Shown here piece after piece: positions 40,826 to 52,545 of a stretch of 64,000 bases of DNA. Numbering within the stretch: position 1 is the first letter of the stretch; every line of letters begins with the position of its first letter. The stretch covers positions 267,282,001 through 267,346,000 of the forward strand of contig OZ024743.1 of assembly GCA_964016885.1 (NCBI GenBank), given 5' to 3'. Below the pieces are notes generated by a model. The model had not been told where the DNA came from. It did no database searches and was given only the letters and a program-made list of their open reading frames with translations. This DNA is from Eledone cirrhosa. Taxonomy: Eukaryota. The translations under genes were made by a program, and so were the position numbers.

Positions 40826-43732
40826 CCTCAGGTTTTTGAGCTACATCTTCTACTCGACATTGGAAAGTTTCGACACCAAATGTTCTATTTCTTACCAGAT
40901 TAGAAGTTTTAAATGTTTCAATAGATAACTTAGCTAAATTGATACCTTCTCAAAGACATTCTTTATGTTGATGTTCTATATATTCCAGTCATACAGAGAA
41001 AGAAATCAATCTCATGTAAGTACATTCAACACAGATTTTCAACTCTTCAGTGCTGTCACCAGTAAGACAAAATGTATTAAGACAACGCACTGTGACATCA
41101 ATAAAAGCAACATTAGATAGATATATGCCCAAAGTTGTCGACTAAATCGAATAATTCTCTTTTACTGTCAATAAAAAAAAACACATGTTAATGAATAAAT
41201 CACACTCGTTTAGGTAGAAAGTCTTTTACTATGGAACAAATGTCAGAAATATTCAGAGAAAACAACCAGGCAAATACATATGCTAAGCTGAAAGTGTTTG
41301 TCTCTTTTATTTTAAGTATGTATATCTCTAGCAGTGAATCTTTAGGAATTTATGCTAATCACGAACAGAATTTCAATAGTTTAAATCATCGCTGTCTACT
41401 TTGAATTTTCTGCATCTATTGGAAAGAGAAAGTTCCATACATCAAGGTCCTGACCAAATGTAATATATCATAGATATATACTTTTCTTACAGAATATCAG
41501 CTTTGCGACTTGCAAACGTTAATCACATACATGAAACAAGTTTACCTAAGTAGATTTCATATTGTACAATCATTGCTTAAAAGACATCACCCATTAGTAG
41601 TCTTCATTGCTAGAGTGATATTTGCAGAAAAAAATTGAAAAAAAAAAAATGGAACTATCTGTAGATTATTATAGCATTGTGTTGTAAAAGTACTTTAGTA
41701 AATACATTGTTACAATTGCTATTATAGAGCTGACTTAAAAGGTCTGACGGCCTCTATGAGGGGCAGCTGAAAAGTTCATAGGCTGGAAACATCATTAGCT
41801 GTCCAAAATACTATCATGGCATAACTAAATGAAGTGTATTTTTCAATGCAGTTATTATAAAGATGAGCTGAAAGTAATGCACGCAAGTCTTCACAATTCT
41901 AGCATCAATCCATCAGTCAGCTTATGAACCTTTCAACTGCACCACATATATTCATTTTCTAACAAAGCAATTTTAAATTTCACAATATGGCACAGATACA
42001 TCTGAGTCAACGTGAGCTCTAGCAGCGTGTTTTCTGTGTGAAACACTTCTAAAGTGTATTTCGTAAAAGCAGACGTTGGAGCAATATCATGCCTCTTTTT
42101 GGTACGGAGAAATCTCCCTTTAAATCCGATATATAAAACTGGGTGAAGAAGTATGAGACGCATTGTCCAAGAACGTACAAAGTTCGCTGCGCAGGAGAAG
42201 CTAATCCTTGGATTTCTCCATAGAAACTTGCAGAAGAGTTGTCACAGAGGATCTTAAGAAGTAACTCTGCAGAATATAAACTAGACTAATCCTTACTGTA
42301 GCTGATAAGACTGAGAAAATATCTATTGTTGAGAAAATTATATTGAAGCAGCTGAAAGTTAGGAAAGAGTAGGTCATAGGAATAGTAACAGACTAATTTC
42401 CACATCTCGTTTTTCCTCTTTCATTTTTCGAAAATATCAGAATTTGTTTATATAAAATTGAGTTGACTCCTTACAGATGATCGTGCATGATTTTAGCATA
42501 CAGTTTTAATTACCTATGTTTATTTAACATCTCTTTCTAATCGCATTGTCAATACCTGATTACAATTAACGTTCATAACAATCTCCATCATTTCCTGGGC
42601 TCCGGACTCCTGGTCGAGTCGCAGAAGCATTGTCATGATATATAATGTGTTTAAAGCATGTTAAACCTAGCGGAATTCATCTTTCTGCAGGTATGAACAT
42701 TTCCAATTTCTTTCACAGAAACAGACGTACATATAGAGAGGGTGGATGAAGAATCCTTGCCTGTACAGGACTGGTAATTTATTTCTCGATCACGAAAGGA
42801 TGAAAGGCAAATTGTACATCAGCAAGATTTGAACTCACAGCATGAACAGTTGGAGTGAATAGAATGCAAGCTTCCAACGCTTCCACAAGTTTAGTGCCCA
42901 ACTAACAACATATATAGAATAATTATAGTTATCGCCGTAGCGCATGGTCCAGATTTTTTTCATATTAACTGTCTTGTCCAAATGTTGAAACTGGTTTTAC
43001 AACTGTGAATTCATAAATTTGCGTACGTGGCATGTATGTTTATAACAGAAGCATGTATGTTGATTCAATGTATACCCATTATACGTGCATTACTTCTTTA
43101 TTGATTGCAGAGAAACTGAATTCAAGTTTCATTCAGTTGAGATTTGTTCAGAAGTTAGATATAACTATTGTTAATTGTTGATTTCATCGCTATAACTTTT
43201 AGCAACACCGTTGGCATTGTAGACATTAAAAATAATGGCTTCTAAGAAAATTGGAGGTGATTTGTTTGAGATTAACAACATGACTGGTACTTATACTATC
43301 GACAGAGAGAAAATACGAAAGGAATAAAATGAAATCTGGATGTAAAGAAATAAAACGACCATTACATATTAATGCATATATAATTTGGGAATGTTATTAA
43401 ATACATTTCTTCTCAATTCAGAGCTGCCATTCACCTTTTTATAGAAATATACACAGATAATATAAGCACGTATACATATAAACACAAACACACGCACATA
43501 CTCACTCACATACACACGCACACACACACATACACAAATACACCTCTCTTTATCGTTAATGTGAGTCTCCTACAATCTCTACACGTCCCCTTTTCATTAA
43601 AATATGTCTCACTCTGTCTGTCTATACAACTTCATTTCTTGCCGCACGACTCTCTCTCCCTCTGTATATATATAAACATGAACGTATCTATATTTGCATA
43701 CTATATATATATATACACACAAGGGCGGTGCC

Positions 43733-43829
<97 letters not shown>

Positions 43830-44117
43830 CATTCATACATACATACATCCATCCATCCTTACATAAATTCATACTTGTTTTTGATATCTATAAATGTTAT
43901 CATGGCTTGGTATCTTTATGGACATGCATCTCTAAATCTAATATCAATTTCCTGATCAGATTTCATGATGTGATTATTGACTTGATAAATTAAATAATCT
44001 GCAAATCATTATCTGTATATTTTCGTAATTGTATTTCGTTAAAATTGAAACGAACGTAGAGATAAATAAAATAATTTCAAGTATTATCTTTTGGTTTTCA
44101 CCAAAACTAAATAGTAT

Positions 44118-44208
<91 letters not shown>

Positions 44209-44682
44209 TTTGCACGTGCACGCGCGCTCTTATGTTTGCGTGAACGCAGAAAAGTGACTCTTAATTCAGACGATTGCAATAAATAGCTTAGAATATTGAA
44301 TAGAGATTATTTATTGAAGAACAACACTCGTCGTCGCCCTTCGACTAATACGAGGACTTGAGACAGATTACTCTCACTTTCCAACTGAGTATTCTACCCA
44401 TTAATCACATGTAGAACGCTGTGCACAGGATGCTTCTTTGTGAGGACGAGTGTCTCGCAACACCGATTTTCATTCCAGCCATGCAGCACTCCAAAGAAAG
44501 AATATATATATATATATATAGAAATTGGAATAAATGCTCTGAAATAGCGATATATATGTGAATATAGACATAGAATATTCGAAAATATTCTGTATGTTTA
44601 TAATAAACATTTTGAAGACCTAATCGCTATAGAATAGAATACGTCACGTATTACAATTAGATTCTCGATAAAAGCAAGGGAA

Positions 44683-44725
44683 GTAATCTACGCGTTTCAT
44701 TCTTGTTAGAAATCATCAGGACTAC
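44683..44725 (-). ncRNA. Minimal type I hammerhead (first of 9 minus-strand copies: 44683, 44993, 45303, 45613, 45923, 46233, 46543, 46853, 47163)
   Basis: It is the exact reverse complement of the hammerhead at 47401-47443. Confidence 0.88.
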
Positions 44726-47400
44726 ATATCCAGTGCTTTTATCGAGAATGACACAGCTAGAGACTTATAGAATACTTAGCTGTGTACAGGAACTGGTTTG
44801 AAAGAGCGGTTGCCGGTCCGGCAGAAATTAGAAATTGGAATAAATGCTCTGAAATAGCGATATATATGTGAATATAGACATAGAATATTCGAAAATATTC
44901 TGTATGTTTATAATAAACATTTTGAAGACCTAATCGCTATAGAATAGAATACGTCACGTATTACAATTAGATTCTCGATAAAAGCAAGGGAAGTAATCTA
45001 CGCGTTTCATTCTTGTTAGAAATCATCAGGACTACATATCCAGTGCTTTTATCGAGAATGACACAGCTAGAGACTTATAGAATACTTAGCTGTGTACAGG
45101 AACTGGTTTGAAAGAGCGGTTGCCGGTCCGGCAGAAATTAGAAATTGGAATAAATGCTCTGAAATAGCGATATATATGTGAATATAGACATAGAATATTC
45201 GAAAATATTCTGTATGTTTATAATAAACATTTTGAAGACCTAATCGCTATAGAATAGAATACGTCACGTATTACAATTAGATTCTCGATAAAAGCAAGGG
45301 AAGTAATCTACGCGTTTCATTCTTGTTAGAAATCATCAGGACTACATATCCAGTGCTTTTATCGAGAATGACACAGCTAGAGACTTATAGAATACTTAGC
45401 TGTGTACAGGAACTGGTTTGAAAGAGCGGTTGCCGGTCCGGCAGAAATTAGAAATTGGAATAAATGCTCTGAAATAGCGATATATATGTGAATATAGACA
45501 TAGAATATTCGAAAATATTCTGTATGTTTATAATAAACATTTTGAAGACCTAATCGCTATAGAATAGAATACGTCACGTATTACAATTAGATTCTCGATA
45601 AAAGCAAGGGAAGTAATCTACGCGTTTCATTCTTGTTAGAAATCATCAGGACTACATATCCAGTGCTTTTATCGAGAATGACACAGCTAGAGACTTATAG
45701 AATACTTAGCTGTGTACAGGAACTGGTTTGAAAGAGCGGTTGCCGGTCCGGCAGAAATTAGAAATTGGAATAAATGCTCTGAAATAGCGATATATATGTG
45801 AATATAGACATAGAATATTCGAAAATATTCTGTATGTTTATAATAAACATTTTGAAGACCTAATCGCTATAGAATAGAATACGTCACGTATTACAATTAG
45901 ATTCTCGATAAAAGCAAGGGAAGTAATCTACGCGTTTCATTCTTGTTAGAAATCATCAGGACTACATATCCAGTGCTTTTATCGAGAATGACACAGCTAG
46001 AGACTTATAGAATACTTAGCTGTGTACAGGAACTGGTTTGAAAGAGCGGTTGCCGGTCCGGCAGAAATTAGAAATTGGAATAAATGCTCTGAAATAGCGA
46101 TATATATGTGAATATAGACATAGAATATTCGAAAATATTCTGTATGTTTATAATAAACATTTTGAAGACCTAATCGCTATAGAATAGAATACGTCACGTA
46201 TTACAATTAGATTCTCGATAAAAGCAAGGGAAGTAATCTACGCGTTTCATTCTTGTTAGAAATCATCAGGACTACATATCCAGTGCTTTTATCGAGAATG
46301 ACACAGCTAGAGACTTATAGAATACTTAGCTGTGTACAGGAACTGGTTTGAAAGAGCGGTTGCCGGTCCGGCAGAAATTAGAAATTGGAATAAATGCTCT
46401 GAAATAGCGATATATATGTGAATATAGACATAGAATATTCGAAAATATTCTGTATGTTTATAATAAACATTTTGAAGACCTAATCGCTATAGAATAGAAT
46501 ACGTCACGTATTACAATTAGATTCTCGATAAAAGCAAGGGAAGTAATCTACGCGTTTCATTCTTGTTAGAAATCATCAGGACTACATATCCAGTGCTTTT
46601 ATCGAGAATGACACAGCTAGAGACTTATAGAATACTTAGCTGTGTACAGGAACTGGTTTGAAAGAGCGGTTGCCGGTCCGGCAGAAATTAGAAATTGGAA
46701 TAAATGCTCTGAAATAGCGATATATATGTGAATATAGACATAGAATATTCGAAAATATTCTGTATGTTTATAATAAACATTTTGAAGACCTAATCGCTAT
46801 AGAATAGAATACGTCACGTATTACAATTAGATTCTCGATAAAAGCAAGGGAAGTAATCTACGCGTTTCATTCTTGTTAGAAATCATCAGGACTACATATC
46901 CAGTGCTTTTATCGAGAATGACACAGCTAGAGACTTATAGAATACTTAGCTGTGTACAGGAACTGGTTTGAAAGAGCGGTTGCCGGTCCGGCAGAAATTA
47001 GAAATTGGAATAAATGCTCTGAAATAGCGATATATATGTGAATATAGACATAGAATATTCGAAAATATTCTGTATGTTTATAATAAACATTTTGAAGACC
47101 TAATCGCTATAGAATAGAATACGTCACGTATTACAATTAGATTCTCGATAAAAGCAAGGGAAGTAATCTACGCGTTTCATTCTTGTTAGAAATCATCAGG
47201 ACTACATATCCAGTGCTTTTATCGAGAATGACACAGCTAGAGACTTATAGAATACTTAGCTGTGTACAGGAACTGGTTTGAAAGAGCGGTTGTTCTAATT
47301 TCTGCCGGACCGGCAACCGCTCTTTCAAACCAGTTCCTGTACACAGCTAAGTATTCTATAAGTCTCTAGCTGTGTCATTCTCGATAAAAGCACTGGATAT

Positions 47401-47443
47401 GTAGTCCTGATGATTTCTAACAAGAATGAAACGCGTAGATTAC
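47401..47443 (+). ncRNA. Minimal type I hammerhead (first of 4 plus-strand copies: 47401, 47711, 48021, 48331)
   Basis: Stem I is gtagtc/gattac and stem II is ttct/agaa. The CUGAUGA and GAAA core is intact, stem III is palindromic (ACGCGU) and the cleavage site is GUA. Confidence 0.88.
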
Positions 47444-48485
47444 TTCCCTTGCTTTTATCGAGAATCTAATTGTAATACGTGACGTATTCTATTCTATAGC
47501 GATTAGGTCTTCAAAATGTTTATTATAAACATACAGAATATTTTCGAATATTCTATGTCTATATTCACATATATATCGCTATTTCAGAGCATTTATTCCA
47601 ATTTCTAATTTCTGCCGGACCGGCAACCGCTCTTTCAAACCAGTTCCTGTACACAGCTAAGTATTCTATAAGTCTCTAGCTGTGTCATTCTCGATAAAAG
47701 CACTGGATATGTAGTCCTGTTGATTTCTAACAAGAATGAAACGCGTAGATTACTTCCCTTGCTTTTATCGAGAATCTAATTGTAATACGTGACGTATTCT
47801 ATTCTATAGCGATTAGGTCTTCAAAATGTTTATTATAAACATACAGAATATTTTCGAATATTCTATGTCTATATTCACATATATATCGCTATTTCAGAGC
47901 ATTTATTCCAATTTCTAATTTCTGCCGGACCGGCAACCGCTCTTTCAAACCAGTTCCTGTACACAGCTAAGTATTCTATAAGTCTCTAGCTGTGTCATTC
48001 TCGATAAAAGCACTGGATATGTAGTCCTGATGATTTCTAACAAGAATGAAACGCGTAGATTACTTCCCTTGCTTTTATCGAGAATCTAATTGTAATACGT
48101 GACGTATTCTATTCTATAGCGATTAGGTCTTCAAAATGTTTATTATAAACATACAGAATATTTTCGAATATTCTATGTCTATATTCACATATATATCGCT
48201 ATTTCAGAGCATTTATTCCAATTTCTAATTTCTGCCGGACCGGCAACCGCTCTTTCAAACCAGTTCCTGTACACAGCTAAGTATTCTATAAGTCTCTAGC
48301 TGTGTCATTCTCGATAAAAGCACTGGATATGTAGTCCTGATGATTTCTAACAAGAATGAAACGCGTAGATTACTTCCCTTGCTTTTATCGAGAATCTAAT
48401 TGTAATACGTGACGTATTCTATTCTATAGCGATTAGGTCTTCAAAATGTTTATTATAAACATACAGAATATTTTCGAATATTCTA

Positions 48486-48529
<44 letters not shown>

Positions 48530-48535
<6 letters not shown>

Positions 48536-48728
48536 GATAAAGCTACCAATCAATGGTAGGATATAAACCGTATGAAGAACTCAATGTAATCCGTATGTAG
48601 AAGATGTCGTGAAGCTAAGTTTAAAATACAAAATATTCAACTTTGCTTCACGACATCTTCTACAGACGGATTACATTGACTTCTTCATACGGTTTAGATC
48701 TTACCATTGATTGGTAGATTTATCTGTG
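48530..48728. repeat. Imperfect long inverted repeat (foldback, ~90-bp arms)
   Basis: cacagataaagctaccaatcaatggtag...gatgtcgtgaagc pairs with gcttcacgacatc...taccattgattggtagatttatctgtg. Confidence 0.85.
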
Positions 48729-49161
48729 AGTGTGTGGGGTAGTTAGCGAGAGGGTTTAAATGAAATCTTCGGATTTTGGGCATAATTGGAGAAGCATATA
48801 ACAGTAATAATAAGCGAATAATGAGGTTTTAAAATACAAGAAGATTATTTAGAAACAACCAGACAGAATTATAGAATAGCATTGGGAGAGAGCAAAAGAC
48901 ACGGATATATGAATGAATGGACCGATAGGCTGGAGAGAGATAAGAAAAATGGCATTTACATTATACTTGGCAAGGAACGATAGGGTCTGACCATTAAGAA
49001 GCGTTGACAAATTCTGAGATTCGTACCTCGTAACAGGTTTATTTATATTTGGTGAGAGAAGGGAGTGATTGAAAGGGTGAACTAGCCGGCGCATAATACG
49101 ATATAGTGGGGCCGGGGGTAAAGAATAAGTGGGACAATGAGGCCATTTTATAAAACCTAGA

Positions 49162-49198
<37 letters not shown>

Positions 49199-49201
<3 letters not shown>

Positions 49202-49438
49202 GTGGTTACACAACGGTTTGTTCGCCATACTGAGAACAATTGTATCACCTTAGCGGAGCCTCAGCTCGTAATGGACATGGTTATACGGAACCATGTCCAT
49301 TACGAGCTGAGGATCCGCTACGGTGAAACAAATGTTCTCGGTATGGTGAACTAACTGTTGTGTAACCACTTGTACCTAACTCGTCCGGTGGACTGAGTGC
49401 TCTACCACTACTGATATTACCTTCGAGTATTCTAGCAC
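49199..49438. mobile_element. Small head-to-head inverted element with two hammerheads inside (TA)n
   Basis: ~80-bp arms lie at 49201-49282 and 49289-49370. The + arm (49303-49340) reads cgag CTGAGGA t-ccg-cta-cgg-t GAA ACAAATGT T ctcg. The - arm copy (49231-49268) has core mutations but the palindromic ACAATTGT. (TA)n lies on both sides. Confidence 0.75.
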
Positions 49439-50423
49439 TATATATATATATATATATATATAAGAGAATATTGAAGTTTGCTTGAAGCATTGTGGAATAA
49501 TAAGGTATATTTCTTTAGGTCGTTTTGGAAGCCTCAACAATACAGATGGGTAAATCTCCGGGTAAAAAGATCCGGTGGTGGAGAGAGAGGTTGAGACGTG
49601 TAGCGTGTAGAAGAATGTAGGAAAGAGCGTAAAGGATAAAAATAATAACACGAGATAGAGTTACCTTGGGAGAGACTGAATTGTCCCCATATATTTCGGA
49701 TTCACATCCATCAACTGGGGTTTTTCCGGGGGGGAGGGGTTGGTTGTCTGTAGGAAAGGTGCGAAACGTGTCCTCCGCTGTTCGTTGTTTAGAATATCTG
49801 AGGTATTCAGCAGAGCGCGCGTGAGCGGGAAATGGGGTCGGTCAAGCAGAGGTCGGCGGCCGAAATAGTTCATTCAATTGTGGGATTGAGGTGGCGTTAG
49901 CTGTCAGTCCATTGTATTATCTGCCCTGTTGAATAGTGTGTGCTTGTGATAGTATTCTCTGCCTGTTTCGTGAATGTTACTGTGTGTGCGTGTGTTGTTG
50001 TCTCGCTCATGTGTGTGTGTGCGTGTGTTGTTGCCTCGTTCGTCTGTATTAGCAGTGTAGTATGTTCGTATGGTGGAATGCTACTGTGTGTGTGCGGGTG
50101 TGTGCGTGTGTTGTTGTCTCGCTTGTGTGTGTGTGTGTGTGTGTGTGCGTGTGTTGCTGCATCGTTTGTTTACTTAAACCAACCACCTCGTTTCGCTTCT
50201 CTCGGATCGGTTATTTATTTGTGGCCCTAGGCTTTGATCCATAGAATATATATATATATATATATATATTCTTCCTTTGGAGTGCTGCCTGGCTGGAATG
50301 AAAACAGGTGTTGCGAAAATACAAAATTTTCAACGATATAGTTCATTGGATACAGAGTCAAAAATAGAAATATTAAAACAATGAAATTAAACAAAAAAAC
50401 GGTTAATTCATAGTAAAACTCAT

Positions 50424-50548
50424 TATTTTACGATCGTTTCTGGGGGGTAGTTCCTCGTATGTTCATTCTATTATAGATCTATGTAAAATATATTACAAAA
50501 TATCATAGTAAGAAAATATACATACGTCTTCACTACCCGCCCTCTTCA

Positions 50549-50552
<4 letters not shown>
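50424..50552 (-). ncRNA. Hammerhead-like motif with long stem II insertion; 5' strand of stem I lost to (TA)n
   Basis: The reverse complement reads CTGAAGA gggcgggtagt-[~80 nt]-actaccccccA GAA ACGATCGT A aaata. Confidence 0.55.
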
Positions 50553-50591
<39 letters not shown>

Positions 50592-51225
50592 TCACATGAA
50601 TCAAAGTTCTGGTCAAACCATTTATTAGCTTACAATTGTTTCATCCAAACCGAGGTTTGGTGTCGTCGGAGCATTTTTCAATGTTTGTTTACATACATGA
50701 CCTCCTTTCCAACACAAGAGACATACAGATACATATGTATATATTGATGTACAGTGGGGTGACATCCATTATATTATTTGTGAATGGCAATTTAAATTCA
50801 AAAATTAAAATCATATTAAAACAGAATCAAAGCAAAATTAAAATTAAAATACAACAACGGCAGTTAACGTAAATAATGCAAGAGGATAGTTTGTTAGTCA
50901 GTTGTAGTAGTTATTGCATGCAATAGTAACACGTGGGGCATGCACGTGTGTCTTATTTATATATGATTATTTTGCGGCAAGGTTTTATATGCAATACAAG
51001 CACTTTAAGCGGGTAATCAAGAGTATTATGGAGGTTGTAGTGGTAAGGTATTTTGTGTGTATGATAAAGACGCTTGTGTGCAGAGAAATAGTATAAATGA
51101 GAAGCAAAATAATGTTATGGTTTTTGTATACACCATCATTTTCACAATTCAGGAACATTCAGGTTTAAAATATATATAACTATAAAAAGTTTTAGTATAT
51201 ACATAACCATAAATAGTATCCTTAA

Positions 51226-51299
<74 letters not shown>

Positions 51300-51440
51300 T
51301 AGAATTGGTGCTCTGAAATAGCGATATATATATGAATCTATAGTGTATTTTGCAATACACTGTATGCAAAATACACTATATATACATTCATATATATATA
51401 TATATATATAGGCACACACACACACACATATATACATATA

Positions 51441-51509
<69 letters not shown>

Positions 51510-51623
51510 TTTAGAAGACGGTGGCGTTGAATTACCAGCTTTTACCATATTTTTAGACAATAATGTGAAGTTAAATATTTCGGTGATAGCTATTAATTCA
51601 ATTCAATTTCCAAATATATATAT

Positions 51624-52169
51624 ATATTCATTAGTTAAGCAAAACAAGACCACGAATTTCACAAGGAAGACATTACTAAAAGATTGTCAACATATTTAGC
51701 TTGACGCAAAGAATGTAGAGAATAATAATAATAATAATATTAATAATAATAATGCCCGTTTACAATTGTTTCGCTATTCCGTATAATATTTCTGGACAGA
51801 TGACTATGTATCATAATTGATCTGGTTCAGTTGAAAATAATTAACATATGTTTTTTTAAATATGTTAATTATTTTCAACTGAACCAGATCAATTATGATA
51901 CATAGTTATCTGATCCAGAAATATTATACGGAGTAGCGAAACAATTGTAAACGGGCATTATTATTATTAATATTATTAATAAAATAAAGTACCAGTAATG
52001 CACTGGGTAATTGCTGGCCTTGTGCCTAAAGTAGAAACAATTATTATTATTAATATTATTATTATTATTATTCTCGACATTCTTTGCATCAAACTAAATA
52101 TGTTGACAATCTTTTAATAATGTCTTCCTTGTGAAATTTGTGGTCTTCTTTTGCTTAACTAATGAATAT
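51624..52169. repeat. Long inverted repeat (~225-bp arms) with a SINE fragment inserted in the right arm
   Basis: The arms pair around a centre at ~51855. An extra aaaataaagtaccagtaatgcactggg...gtgcctaaagtagaaac (51980-52040) is present only in the right arm's (ATT)n tract. Confidence 0.88.
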
Positions 52170-52351
52170 TTCCAGCTCTGCGCACCTAACATTTGCATGA
52201 ACCCAGCCACCTAGCTGCTTTCTATTGCATATTGCAGATTGAGCACATGCCTTTACGCTTTGGCTTCTAACTAACTCACCAATCTTTCCTCTCATATCTC
52301 CTCTACTATCTCAATCTCTCTCTTTAAGATTGGTTACTCTTGAACTGTGTC

Positions 52352-52471
<120 letters not shown>

Positions 52472-52545
52472 AGCGTCTTCGTTCTATATAGAAATGACTT
52501 CTACAGGACTATAACATTTTCAATCGAATGAAATCATGGGGAATG

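Larger units (their letters stand above)
44521..48492. mobile_element. Retrozyme-like tandem array: 310-bp hammerhead-containing unit, ~9 copies on - then ~3.9 copies on +
   Basis: Units start at 44521+310n up to 47292, and orientation flips at 47293. Each unit carries gtagtc CTGATGA t-ttct-aaca-agaa-t GAA ACGCGT A gattac. There is no ORF, and (TA)n lies at both ends. Confidence 0.9.

Noticed and set aside
41755-42250. Mariner-like TIR (tatgaggggcagctgaaaagttc) and transposase traces
   Set aside because: No matching second TIR or catalytic motif was found, and the sequence is too decayed to delimit.
44521-48492. CRISPR array or ordinary satellite
   Set aside because: There are no unique spacers and no cas genes, and the context is eukaryotic. 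The embedded hammerhead and RNA-like fold argue against a plain satellite.
49470-50245. Possible coding or 5' region of a retroelement on the minus strand
   Set aside because: The short ORFs lack recognisable domains, so no assignment can be supported.
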